Counted from the stretch's first letter, positions 1 to 8,646 are shown. The stretch: 32,000 bases of DNA from Halorhodospira halophila SL1 (GCF_000015585.1 NC_008789.1:1890001-1922000); one strand, 5' to 3'. Notes: generated by a model not told the origin, from the letters alone. Made by a program: numbers and translations.

Positions 1-140
1 GCGTGCAGACGGCGGATCAGTCGTTCCAGGGGGCGCCAGGATCCGCGCAGGTAGAGTTTGGTGAAGGTCTCGACCAAGCGGCGTTTGCGTTCATCGTAGA
101 CGCCTGGGTCCGCCGGAGCGGCAGCTAAATCGATTTGCAC
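1..140 (-). CDS. hypothetical protein, 5' end only (continues past the left edge)
   Basis: Absent from the ORF track because it runs off the window. The minus-strand frame reads (M/V)QIDLAAAPADPGVYDERKRRLVETFTKLYLRGSWRPLERLIRRLH, with mostly G/C third positions. Candidate GTG at 140-138 is preceded by AGGGGAAG and would overlap the upstream stop by 16 nt. No family recognised. Confidence 0.3.
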   Translation of the reverse strand, partial: MQIDLAAAPADPGVYDERKRRLVETFTKLYLRGSWRPLERLIRRLH

Positions 141-523
141 GGCTTCCCCTGGGGCTCCAAATCCTCGAACATCGACCAGTAGGCGTAGGCGTCGAAGATG
201 GCCACGATGCGTAGGATGCGCCCTTGCTCGACCTGCGCCCAGTGGGCCAGGTCGATCTGTTGCTTGTCGGAGAGTTGGATGCAGTAGCGCAGGAAGTGGC
301 AGACATCGGGACCGTCTACAAAGCACTTGACCACCTGCCGCTGCTGGACAATCGACCCGCCGACCATGGCGTGATCCAGCAGGTCTTCGGCCCGAGTGTA
401 GCTGGCGATGGGACTCTCGTAGCGAAACCCCTGCCCGGCGAGGCAGGCGCGCGCGGCCTCGTAATCCCGGTCCTCGAGGGCCTGCAGATAACGCTCGACC
501 GTCGCCTTCGGGTCCGTGCCCAT
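125..523 (-). CDS. NTF2/SnoaL-like family protein
   Basis: ORF 125..544. Start placed at ATG 523-521 because GGGAGAG (529-535, read on the minus strand) lies 5 nt upstream. Small protein whose N-terminus (TVERYLQALEDRDYEAARACL) is typical of SnoaL/NTF2-like folds. Confidence 0.7.
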   Translation of the reverse strand: MGTDPKATVERYLQALEDRDYEAARACLAGQGFRYESPIASYTRAEDLLDHAMVGGSIVQQRQVVKCFVDGPDVCHFLRYCIQLSDKQQIDLAHWAQVEQGRILRIVAIFDAYAYWSMFEDLEPQGKPCKSI

Positions 524-544
524 GGACACTCTCCCTGATCCCAT

Positions 545-721
545 CTACCAGGGTGATGAAAAAGTCTTTTCATCACCCTGGTAGAAGCGGAACCCGCAGG
601 TTCCGCTTGTTTTAAAAAGACCGAACTCACTGCTTTTCCAGGCTTGCCAGGAAAAGCTTCATCCTGGTCCACCGCGTCAGCGGTGAAAGCAGGCTGCTGA
701 AAAGGGTTTTCAGCAGCCTGC
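545..721. repeat. cluster of five consecutive stem-loops in one intergenic spacer
   Basis: Read directly from the sequence. 545-562/567-584: perfect 18 bp stem, loop agtc. 585-594/599-608: perfect 10 bp stem, loop cgca. 632-639/650-657: 8 bp stem. 670-675/680-685: 6 bp stem. 689-703/707-721: perfect 15 bp stem, loop ggg. Three of them share a GAAAAG/CTTTTC run. Confidence 0.8.
689..721 (-). terminator. candidate gshA terminator hairpin (overlaps the stop codon)
   Basis: On the minus strand, gcaggctgctgaaaa-ccc-ttttcagcagcctgc starts inside the TAG stop (723-721). It is followed by only TTT, so the U-tract is short. Confidence 0.4.
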
Positions 722-2088
722 TAGTAGGCGTACTCCGTGAAGATCGGATCCAGCGATCCGCCCCAGCGCCCGTGGTAGGCACTCAGCAGGTCCTCGGCGG
801 GGGTCCGCCCTGCATCGACGATCTCCCAGAGCCGCTCCAGGTGGCGGCGCTCATCCCGCCCCCGCTGATCCAGACGCTGGCGGTTGCGCAGTCCGTCGCT
901 GGCGATGGTGAGCACCTCCCGGGCCAATGCCCCCACAGTCGTCTCGCGGAACGGGGTGTGCAGCGCCGTTCGCGGGACCTCGTGGCGCAGGGCGCGCATC
1001 TCCTCAACACTCCAGTCACGAATCAACGCCTCGGCCGCAGCCAGGGCCGCGTCATCGTAGAGCAGCCCCGTCCACAGTGCCGGCAGCGCGCACAACCCCC
1101 GCCACGGGCCACCGTCCGCCCCGCGCATCTCCAGAAACTGCTTGAGCCGCACCTCGGGGAAGAGCGTCGTCAGATGGTCGTCCCAGTCACTGAGTGTCGG
1201 CCGCTCTCCCGGCAACTGCGGCAGTCGCCCCGCCATGAAATCGCGGAACGACTCGCCGGCGCAGTCGATGTACTGGCCATCGCGATAGACGAAATACATG
1301 GGTACATCGAGCACGTAGTCCACATAGCGCTCGAACCCCATACCGGACTCGAAGACGAAGTCGAGCATGCCGCAGCGATCGGGGTCGGTGTCTTCCCACA
1401 CCCGGCTGCGGTAGCTGAGATAGCCGTTGGGCTGGCCATTGGTGAACGGCGAGTTGGCAAACAGCGCAGTGGCGATCGGCTGCAGGGCCAGGCCGACCCG
1501 GAACTTGCGGACCATGTCCGCCTCACTGGAGAAGTCCAGATTCACCTGTACCGTGCAGGTGCGCAGCATCATATCCAGCCCCAGGTGACCCACCTTGGGC
1601 ATGTAGCGGCCCATCACGCCGTAACGCGCCTTGGGCATCCAGGGGATCTGCTCGCGCCGCCAAACCGGGTGAAAACCGAACCCTGAGAACCCGATCTGCA
1701 GCTCGCGGGCCACGGTGTCCACCTGCTGCAGATGCTCCCGGACCTCCACACAGGCCTCGTGCAGGGTCTCGAGCTGCGCCCCGGAGAGCTCCACCTGTCC
1801 GCCGGGCTCAAGGCTGACCGAGGCACCGCCCTCGCGCTTGAGGGCGATCACCCGTCCATCCTCGTGCACCGGCTGCCAGCCGAAGCGCACCAGCCCTTCG
1901 AGGAAGGCGCCGATGCCGCGCTCCCCCGCGTACGGCACCGGGCTGAAGTCTTCCAGATGGTGGACGAACTTCTCATGTTCGGTGCCGATCCGCCACTGCT
2001 CCGGGGGCCGGGAACCGCGCTCAAGATGCTCTGCCAGCTGCGCGACATCGGTCACCGGCTCACCGGGTTGGCTGGGGACTCCTGACAT
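721..2088 (-). CDS. gshA: glutamate--cysteine ligase, plant-type (GCS2/GSH1 family)
   Basis: Long blocks match my recollection of plant GSH1 and proteobacterial GCS2 enzymes: [77 protein letters not shown]. Start moved to ATG 2088, which has GAGGAGAG 5 nt upstream. Confidence 0.93.
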   Translation of the reverse strand: MSGVPSQPGEPVTDVAQLAEHLERGSRPPEQWRIGTEHEKFVHHLEDFSPVPYAGERGIGAFLEGLVRFGWQPVHEDGRVIALKREGGASVSLEPGGQVELSGAQLETLHEACVEVREHLQQVDTVARELQIGFSGFGFHPVWRREQIPWMPKARYGVMGRYMPKVGHLGLDMMLRTCTVQVNLDFSSEADMVRKFRVGLALQPIATALFANSPFTNGQPNGYLSYRSRVWEDTDPDRCGMLDFVFESGMGFERYVDYVLDVPMYFVYRDGQYIDCAGESFRDFMAGRLPQLPGERPTLSDWDDHLTTLFPEVRLKQFLEMRGADGGPWRGLCALPALWTGLLYDDAALAAAEALIRDWSVEEMRALRHEVPRTALHTPFRETTVGALAREVLTIASDGLRNRQRLDQRGRDERRHLERLWEIVDAGRTPAEDLLSAYHGRWGGSLDPIFTEYAY

Positions 2089-2126
2089 AGCTCTCCTCGA
2101 TCCGGCACAAGGCAAGGCCGGCTATC

Positions 2127-3653
2127 TTACCCGTCCGCGTCGACGGTTTCGACGAAAGCCGCTTCCTCGCCGGACGGCGGTTGCGCTGTACGCAGCTGAG
2201 CATCGAGCACCGTCTCATCGGCCTCGGAGGGATCGCGCCCCTCGGCCAGCCGCTTGCGCAGGCGTTCCCGCAGGGTCTGTTCGTCGGCCCGAACATGCAG
2301 GATCCGAAATCGACATCCGGTGCGCGCAGCCAGCTCCAGGAACGGCCGGCGTCGCTCGGCCTTGAGGAAGGCGGCATCCACCACCACCGAAAAGCCGGCT
2401 TCCAGGGCGCCCTCGGCCTGCTCCTGCAGTCGTTCGTAAGTCCGCCACGTTGCCTCCGGCGAATAGAGCCCGCTATCCAGGGTCGAGTCCGAGCGCGCGC
2501 GGGGCTCCAAACCGAACAGCCGCTTGCGCTCGACATCCGATCGCAGCCGGATAAACCCGCGCTCCTCGACCAGTCGGCGGGCGCGTACGCTCTTGCCGGA
2601 TCCCGATAACCCGTAGGTAATGACCAACTCCGGCACCTGCGCCACCGTATAGCTCTTGGCCAGTTGGACGTGGTCGCAGAGCGCCTCCTGGGCTGCACTG
2701 CCACCCCCCTGTTCGACCTCGTGGCCGTTGATCTTGGCCCGCACCAGGGCCCGATACACGGCGTACAGGGGCAGCAGCGGCAGCGCCTGGTAGTCGCCAC
2801 TCTGCTCCAGGTAGCGGTCCAGGAAGCAGTGGCGAAGCCGACGGGCCCCTTCAAAATCCAGATCCATAACGGTGAAGGCGACCTCGCTGGCCGTGTCGAT
2901 CCAGCGCAGTGCCGGATTGAACTCGATGCCATCAAAGATGATCAGGTCGTCCTCATGCCAGGCGACATTGCCCAAGTGCAGGTCCCCGTGGCATTCACGC
3001 ACCGCGCCCTCGGCGCGTCGCCGGCGGATCAGCGGCTCCAGCCGCTGCAGCTGTGCCTCGGTCCAGCGCTCCAGGGCACGCAGTTCGCCGCGCATCGAGG
3101 CGGCCGCGGACTGGGTCTCCAGGGCGCGGAAGTTGTCACGCATGGGATCGGCCACGGCCTCCGGCGACCCGTATTCACTATCCTCCCCGGCGGCCGGCAG
3201 CCCGGCATGGAACCGCGCCACAGTCTCAGCCAGGCGCTCGACGGCTCCATGGGGCAGACGCCCCTCGCGCAGCAGACGGCTCATGAGCTCATTCTCGGGG
3301 AAGCGGCGCATGAGCACCGCGTACTCCAGCACGTCCCCTTCGCCGTCGATGCGCGGCTCCGTCGCCGGACCGGCGATTGCCACTCGGCGCAGGTAGATCT
3401 GCGGAGCCAAGCGGCCGTTGAGGCGAACCTCTTCGTCGCAGAAGTAGCGTCGCCGCTCCAGGCTGGAGAAGTCCAGGAAGCCGAGGTCCAGCGGTTTCTT
3501 GAGCTTGACCACGTACGCCCCGGCGAGCAGCACCGTGGAGATGTGGGTCTCGATACACTCGACAGTGTCCACCGGCCACGGGTAGCACTCCGGGGCCTGG
3601 AGTGCCTCGGCCAGGGCCCGGTGGGCCTCCAGGTCAGGGATCCGATCCGTCAC
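2127..3653 (-). CDS. fused aminoglycoside-phosphotransferase-like kinase / P-loop (AAA_33-like) kinase protein
   Basis: The N-terminal ~330 aa carry the APH/protein-kinase-like catalytic motif HGDLHLGNV. The C-terminal ~170 aa carry the Walker A motif GLSGSGKS. GTG start at 3653 with GAAGGAG 9 nt upstream. Confidence 0.8.
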   Translation of the reverse strand: MTDRIPDLEAHRALAEALQAPECYPWPVDTVECIETHISTVLLAGAYVVKLKKPLDLGFLDFSSLERRRYFCDEEVRLNGRLAPQIYLRRVAIAGPATEPRIDGEGDVLEYAVLMRRFPENELMSRLLREGRLPHGAVERLAETVARFHAGLPAAGEDSEYGSPEAVADPMRDNFRALETQSAAASMRGELRALERWTEAQLQRLEPLIRRRRAEGAVRECHGDLHLGNVAWHEDDLIIFDGIEFNPALRWIDTASEVAFTVMDLDFEGARRLRHCFLDRYLEQSGDYQALPLLPLYAVYRALVRAKINGHEVEQGGGSAAQEALCDHVQLAKSYTVAQVPELVITYGLSGSGKSVRARRLVEERGFIRLRSDVERKRLFGLEPRARSDSTLDSGLYSPEATWRTYERLQEQAEGALEAGFSVVVDAAFLKAERRRPFLELAARTGCRFRILHVRADEQTLRERLRKRLAEGRDPSEADETVLDAQLRTAQPPSGEEAAFVETVDADG

Positions 3654-3733
3654 GGCTGCGCACTCCTTCTGTTGCTCGACCTGCCCAGCTTGCCGGCTTC
3701 AGCCGCCCGGCTCCAGCCTGTATCCTCTCCCCT

Positions 3734-4162
3734 ATGATCGAACAGAATGAAACAGCTCGCCCGGGCGACGGACTAGACTGGTCGGCGGTGCTCGACACCC
3801 TGCCCTTTAACAGCGACGGCCTGCTACCCGCCATCGCACAGCAGCACGACAGCAACGAGGTGCTGATGCTGGCCTGGATGAACCGCCAGGCCCTGGAGGA
3901 GACCCTACAGACAGGCCGGGTCTGTTACTACTCCCGCTCGCGGGGCACACTCTGGCGCAAGGGAGAGTCTTCGGGGCAGGTCCAGCATCTGCACGAGCTG
4001 CGCCTCGACTGCGACGGCGACACCCTTCTGCTGCGGGTGGATCAGCAGGGCCCGGCCTGCCACACCGGCCGAAGGAGCTGCTTCTACAACGTGCTGCAAG
4101 GTAACCGGGTGGTGGTCAGCGAACCGCCTCAGGTCGACCCACAAACCCTCTACGGGCCATGA
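3734..4162 (+). CDS. hisI: phosphoribosyl-AMP cyclohydrolase
   Basis: HisI blocks: GLLPAIAQQHDSNEVLMLAWMNRQAL, YYSRSRGTLWRKGESSGQVQ, DCDGDTLLLRVDQQGPACHTGRRSCF. The only in-frame ATG near the conserved N-terminus is at 3734. No HisE domain is fused. Confidence 0.9.
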   Translation: MIEQNETARPGDGLDWSAVLDTLPFNSDGLLPAIAQQHDSNEVLMLAWMNRQALEETLQTGRVCYYSRSRGTLWRKGESSGQVQHLHELRLDCDGDTLLLRVDQQGPACHTGRRSCFYNVLQGNRVVVSEPPQVDPQTLYGP

Positions 4163-4166
4163 CGGC

Positions 4167-4970
4167 CTAAAAACGCGCCGCCACCACCCCCCGCGCACTG
4201 GTCACTACCGCGAAGATGGCCGTGGCCGTCACCACGATGGCCGGGCCGGTGGGCAGATCCCAGCGGAACGAACCGGCCAGCCCGCCGACCACCGCCAGCG
4301 CACCGATCAAGGCGGCGATCACCGCCATCTGCTCCGGGGTCCGGGCGAAGGCCCGCGCCGCGGCGGCAGGGATGATCAGCATGGAGATCACCAGCAGGAT
4401 GCCGACGATCTGCATGGCCAGGGCAATGGTGGCCGCCACCAGCGCCATGAAGGCGAGCTGAACCGGCAGCACGCGGACCCCCTCCACCCGGGCCATCTCC
4501 TCGTGCAGGGTGAGACTCAGCAGCGGGCGCCAGATCCCGATCAGCGTCCCCAGCACCAGGACCCCACCGCCGTAAATCCAGTAGAGGTCGGTGGGCGTCA
4601 CCGCCAGGATATCGCCGAAGAGGTAGCCCATCAGGTCGACACGCAGCCCCTCCATGAAGGCGATGGCCACCAGCCCTAAGGACAGCGAGCTGTGCGCCAG
4701 GATACCGAGGACCGTATCGCTGGCCAGCCGCTGGTACTGACGCAGGACCACCAACAGAACGGCCACCACGACGCAGACCATCAGGATGCCAAGATTCAGG
4801 TTGATACCGAAGAGGAACCCCAGGGCCACGCCCAGCAGCGCAGAGTGCGCCAGGGTCTCGCCGAAGTAGGCCATGCGCCGCCAGACCACGAAGCTGCCCA
4901 GCGGCCCGGCCACCAGGGCCAGCCCCAGTCCGGCAGCCAGCGCCGTGAGGATAAACTCATCCACGGCCAC
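4167..4970 (-). CDS. znuB: zinc ABC transporter permease
   Basis: GPLGSFVVWRRMAYFGETLAHSALLGVALG matches the ZnuB N-terminal signature, and the protein is multi-pass hydrophobic. GTG at 4970; a second GTG at 4964 has better spacing to AGGAG and may be the true start. Overlaps the end of znuC. Confidence 0.9.
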   Translation of the reverse strand: MAVDEFILTALAAGLGLALVAGPLGSFVVWRRMAYFGETLAHSALLGVALGFLFGINLNLGILMVCVVVAVLLVVLRQYQRLASDTVLGILAHSSLSLGLVAIAFMEGLRVDLMGYLFGDILAVTPTDLYWIYGGGVLVLGTLIGIWRPLLSLTLHEEMARVEGVRVLPVQLAFMALVAATIALAMQIVGILLVISMLIIPAAAARAFARTPEQMAVIAALIGALAVVGGLAGSFRWDLPTGPAIVVTATAIFAVVTSARGVVAARF

Positions 4971-5739
4971 CTCCTGCCAGGGCAGGGCCCGAATGGTCGT
5001 GGTGATCGTGGGGAAACACCCCGGTGTCCGGCCCCAGGTGTGAACCGAAGAGCTTCTGGTACTCAGGATGCTCGATCACCGACGCCGGCGCGCCACGGCA
5101 GGCGATCCGGCCGTGCTCCAGGCAGAGCACCTCGTCGCTGGCCGCCATGACCAGGTTCAGGTCGTGGGAGATGATCACCACCGCGCAGCCGTAACGCTGG
5201 CGCAGCGTACCGATCAGCCGATACAGCGCGCCCTGGCTACGCCCATCCAGGCCGGCAGCCGGCTCGTCCAGGGCCAGCACCGACGGGTGCTGAAGCAGCG
5301 CCCGGGCGAGCAGGATCCGGCGCATCTCGCCCCCGGACAGTCCCTGTAGGGGCTGATCGAGGAGCTCCTCCACCCCGGTATCGGCCACCACCTCTTGCCA
5401 ACGCGCCGCGTTGGCACGCCCGGACAGCGCCATGAACCGCCGTGCCGTAATGGGCAGGTTGGCGTCCACCGAGAAGTGCTGCGGAACGTAGCCGATGCGC
5501 ACCTGCGGGGCCCGCCAGACCCGCCCGGCAGCCGTATGCGTGAGCCCAACCACCACCCGCAGCAGGGTGGTCTTGCCGGCGCCATTGTTGCCGACCAGGG
5601 TGGTGATCCGGCCGGGCACCACCTCCAGGCGGACATCCTGGAGTATGGATCGCCCGCCGAAGGTCACGGCCACCTCCTGGAGACGGATCAGCGGATCGTC
5701 AGCGGCCTGCCTACCAGCTAACGGCTGCACTGGGGACAT
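4957..5739 (-). CDS. znuC: zinc ABC transporter ATP-binding protein
   Basis: Walker A GNNGAGKTT, ABC signature LSGGEMRR, Walker B LALDEP. His-rich C-terminal tail HDHHDHS. ATG at 5739 overlaps the end of zur by 22 nt. Confidence 0.9.
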   Translation of the reverse strand: MSPVQPLAGRQAADDPLIRLQEVAVTFGGRSILQDVRLEVVPGRITTLVGNNGAGKTTLLRVVVGLTHTAAGRVWRAPQVRIGYVPQHFSVDANLPITARRFMALSGRANAARWQEVVADTGVEELLDQPLQGLSGGEMRRILLARALLQHPSVLALDEPAAGLDGRSQGALYRLIGTLRQRYGCAVVIISHDLNLVMAASDEVLCLEHGRIACRGAPASVIEHPEYQKLFGSHLGPDTGVFPHDHHDHSGPALAGGGRG

Positions 5740-6212
5740 ACACCTTCAAGCTCCACCACTGCGGAATCGGTCTGGAACCCCATCTGCCCGGCCTTGTGCT
5801 GGAGCAAACGCGCCACATCATCGTCGGCAAGTTCGGCCACCGCCGCACAGGAGCGACAGACCAACAGCTGAACCGGGTGTACGTGCCCGGGTTTGCCGCA
5901 ACCGACATAGGCGTTCAGGGATTCCACACGATGGATCAGCCCTTCCTGCAACAGGAAATCGAGGGTGCGGTAGACGGTGGGCGGCGCCGCGCCGGCCCGC
6001 TCGCCGCGCAGACGATCCAGCAACTCGTACGCCTTGACCGGACGGTGCTCATCCCAGATCAGCTCCAACACCCGGCGGCGCAGCCGCGTAAAGCGCATGC
6101 CGCGACGGCGACAAATGACCTCGGCGGTCGCCAGGACCGTCTCGCGGCAGACGTCGTGGTCGTGGTCTTCGCTGGGGAATCCGGTTACCAGCGAGCGGTG
6201 TAAGCGGGCCAT
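5718..6212 (-). CDS. zur: Fur-family zinc uptake regulator
   Basis: The winged-helix region PPTVYRTLDFLLQEGLIHRV and the paired CxxC motifs (CRSC, CPQC) are typical of Zur. The ORF track extends to 6464. Plausible starts are ATG 6212 (chosen) or ATG 6236; the longer forms would cover the divergent znuA promoter. Confidence 0.85.
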   Translation of the reverse strand: MARLHRSLVTGFPSEDHDHDVCRETVLATAEVICRRRGMRFTRLRRRVLELIWDEHRPVKAYELLDRLRGERAGAAPPTVYRTLDFLLQEGLIHRVESLNAYVGCGKPGHVHPVQLLVCRSCAAVAELADDDVARLLQHKAGQMGFQTDSAVVELEGVCPQCSR

Positions 6213-6240
6213 GGGGTGCTCGCCGTTGTTGCGCATTTTG

Positions 6241-6260
6241 GTATTGTATAACATAACGAT
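6241..6260. promoter_or_regulatory. candidate Zur box in the zur-znuCB / znuA divergent region
   Basis: gtattgTATAACATaacgat is the only AT-rich patch in this region. It contains a perfect TATAACAT half-site of the gammaproteobacterial Zur palindrome (ATGTTATA..TATAACAT, from memory). The other half is degenerate. Confidence 0.5.
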
Positions 6261-6288
6261 GCCGTGAAAAGTCCCGGGGATTCGACCC

Positions 6289-7230
6289 ATGCGAGCGCTT
6301 CCCGCACTCCTCACCGCCCTGACCCTATTGGCGTGCGGCCCCGCCGTCGCGGCGCCGCCGCAGGTGGTGGCCTCGATCAAGCCCCTGCACAGCCTGGTCG
6401 CCGGGGTCACCGAGGGGGTCAGCGAGCCGGACCTCCTCCTCTCGGCCGGCGACTCTCCGCACACCTACGCCATGCGGCCCTCCGAGGCCCGGGCCGTTCG
6501 CAACGCCGACCTGGTTGTCCACATCTCCCCGCACATGGAGGCCTTCCTGGAGCGCGCCCTGGATGCCCGCGGCGATCCGGATACGGTACTGGCTGCCGCC
6601 GATATCGAGGGCATCGAGCTCCTCGGTGGCCGCGACGGGGACACCTGGGGCGAGGACGGGCACCGGCACGGCGACGACGATGCCCACCGCCGGGACTACC
6701 ACCTGTGGCTCGATCCGCAGAACGCACAAATCATCACCGCCGCGGTGGCCGAACGGCTGGCCGCACTCGATCCCAGGCACGCGGACACCTACCGCGAGAA
6801 TGCCGAAGCACAGAAGCAACGCCTGGCGGCGCTCGAGGCCGATCTGGACGAGCGCCTGGAGCCCGTCCGCGGGCTCCCCTACGTGGTGTTCCACGACGCT
6901 TACCAGTACTTCGAGCAGCGTTTCGGCCTCAAAGCCGTCGGCGCGGTCACGGTCAACCCCGAACAGCCCCCAGGGGCGCGCCACTTGAACGAGCTACGGG
7001 GGCAGATCCGCGAGCTGGATACGGTCTGTGTCTTCAGCGAACCGCAGTTCGAGCCGGCCATCGCCCGCGCCCTGGTGCGAGGCCTGGATGCCCGAGCCGG
7101 CGAACTCGACCCCTTGGGCGCGGGCCTTGAACCCGGCCCCGACGCCTACTTCCAGCTCCTGGAGCGGTTGGCCGACGGCTTCGTGGACTGCCTCGTGCGA
7201 GACGAACAACCCGGCGGACGGGGCCGCTAA
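6289..7230 (+). CDS. znuA: zinc ABC transporter substrate-binding protein
   Basis: Signal peptide MRALPALLTALTLLACGPAVAA, the ZnuA/TroA-type block VVASIKPLHSLVAGV, and the acidic His-rich loop GEDGHRHGDDDAHRRDYH characteristic of ZnuA. Confidence 0.9.
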   Translation: MRALPALLTALTLLACGPAVAAPPQVVASIKPLHSLVAGVTEGVSEPDLLLSAGDSPHTYAMRPSEARAVRNADLVVHISPHMEAFLERALDARGDPDTVLAAADIEGIELLGGRDGDTWGEDGHRHGDDDAHRRDYHLWLDPQNAQIITAAVAERLAALDPRHADTYRENAEAQKQRLAALEADLDERLEPVRGLPYVVFHDAYQYFEQRFGLKAVGAVTVNPEQPPGARHLNELRGQIRELDTVCVFSEPQFEPAIARALVRGLDARAGELDPLGAGLEPGPDAYFQLLERLADGFVDCLVRDEQPGGRGR

Positions 7231-7889
7231 ATACCCTCACGCAGGTAGACCGGACGGATGGCCTCAGCGTGGCAGGTGCGGCCGGCTCGCCAGTCGGCCA
7301 GGGCCATCGGCAGCAGGTCGCGCGCCTCGGGCAAGGCATCGGGATCGCATCCGGCGCCGGTGGCCGGCAGCTGTTCGGCATAGGCCGCAAAGCCGCGCCC
7401 GACCCCGAGCCAGTCAGCACCACCGCCATGCACGGCTTGCGGCGCATCGGCGGCCTCGACCCCCTCGGCGAGCACGACACCCGCATCCCCGGCGGCACGG
7501 TAACGCCCCCAGTAAACCTGCCCCATCCGGGCGTCCAGGGCCGCCAGCACGTACCCGCCCCCATGGCGGCGACGCCCGCCGGCCGCCAGGGCAGCCAGCG
7601 TCGAGACCGGCAAGGCCGGCACCCCCCACGCGGTGCACAACCCTTGGGCTGCCGAGGCCGCTAGGCGCACACCGGCGAAAGCCCCGGGCCCCTGACCGAA
7701 GGCCAGCGCCGAGACCTGCTCGCCACAGACTCCGGCCTCCGCCATCACCGCCTCGAGCATCGGCAGCAACCGCGCGGTGTGCCGCCGCGGCGCCTCTTCA
7801 CAGTGATGGAAGACATCGCCGTCACAATAGACGGCCACCGAGCACCCCTCGGTGGCCGTCTCCAGGGCCACGATCACGGTCTGCGTCAT
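7227..7889 (-). CDS. tsaB: tRNA threonylcarbamoyladenosine (t6A) biosynthesis protein TsaB
   Basis: The N-terminus IVALETATEGCSVAV and the block GQGPGAFAGVRL are typical of TsaB/YeaZ. ATG 7889 is preceded by AGGAGGG. The 3' end overlaps the znuA stop by 4 nt (convergent). Confidence 0.85.
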   Translation of the reverse strand: MTQTVIVALETATEGCSVAVYCDGDVFHHCEEAPRRHTARLLPMLEAVMAEAGVCGEQVSALAFGQGPGAFAGVRLAASAAQGLCTAWGVPALPVSTLAALAAGGRRRHGGGYVLAALDARMGQVYWGRYRAAGDAGVVLAEGVEAADAPQAVHGGGADWLGVGRGFAAYAEQLPATGAGCDPDALPEARDLLPMALADWRAGRTCHAEAIRPVYLREGI

Positions 7890-8027
7890 CCCATCCCTCC
7901 TGCACCACCCCCGCTGCGCGGGGCTGGGGCACTGATCACCTCTGCGAGCCTTGCGGCCGGCGCACTATACCGCCGATCCGCGCCAGCGACGACCCGGTGA
8001 CAACCGGGGCGCAGCGTCTACCCTCGC

Positions 8028-8056
8028 TTGACCGCCCCCGGGGCGGCTGCTGTAAT
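8028..8056 (+). promoter_or_regulatory. candidate sigma70-type ectA promoter
   Basis: TTGACC (8028-8033), a 17 nt spacer (gcccccggggcggctgc) and TGTAAT (8051-8056), ending about 34 nt upstream of the ectA start. The spacer is almost pure G/C and contains the palindrome ccccgggg. Confidence 0.45.
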
Positions 8057-8089
8057 TAGTGTGAATCTTGCGAACAAGAGCGCAGCTCG

Positions 8090-8581
8090 TTGTCCGAGGA
8101 ACCATCCATCGTCTTTCGTCCGCCCACGCGGGAAGACGGCGCCACAATCCATCAGCTGGTCGAGCGCACCGGCGTCCTGGACGTCAACTCCTGCTACCTC
8201 TACCTACTCCTGTGCACGGAGTTCTCGGATACCTGCGTGGTCGCCGAAGAAGAGGGTGCGCTGCTCGGTTTCACCACCGGGCTGCGCTTGCCGAAAAGGC
8301 CGGAATCGATCTTCCTCTGGCAGATCGGCATCCACCCCGACGCCCAGGGCCGCGGGCTGGGCAAATGCCTCGTGCGCGCCTTCCTCGAAACCCCCGGCGC
8401 CCGGGATGCCCAAGTGCTCGAGACCACGATCTCGCCCTCCAATGCAGCCTCCCAAGGCCTGTTCCAGGCCATCGCCCGGGAGCGCGGGGCGGAGGTCCAG
8501 GTCAGCGAGTACTTCCGCGACGACCACTTCCCTCCGGGACATGAGTCCGAAGAGCACTACCGGATCGCCCCCATTCGCTAA
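8090..8581 (+). CDS. ectA: L-2,4-diaminobutyrate acetyltransferase
   Basis: GNAT-fold protein with EctA-like blocks (FRPPTREDGATIHQLV, LDVNSCYLYLL, WQIGIHPDAQGRGLG), positioned first in ectABC. The start is TTG (8090-8092). Confidence 0.9.
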   Translation: MSEEPSIVFRPPTREDGATIHQLVERTGVLDVNSCYLYLLLCTEFSDTCVVAEEEGALLGFTTGLRLPKRPESIFLWQIGIHPDAQGRGLGKCLVRAFLETPGARDAQVLETTISPSNAASQGLFQAIARERGAEVQVSEYFRDDHFPPGHESEEHYRIAPIR

Positions 8582-8646
8582 GCCAGCGGTGCCCGCCGCC
8601 ACTGGCCGCCCAATCGATTGCAATTCACAACCGAGGCAATGACGCC

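Noticed and set aside
6264-7130. A 288 aa plus-strand ORF in another frame of znuA
   Set aside because: The znuA frame carries the signal peptide, the His-rich loop and the SBP motifs. This frame is an Arg/Pro/Gly-rich shadow.
7028-8059. A 343 aa Pro/Arg-rich plus-strand ORF spanning the znuA end, tsaB (antisense) and the ectA upstream region
   Set aside because: Its composition is extreme (PRPRRAR-type repeats). It crosses two well-supported genes and a promoter region. No start-site support.
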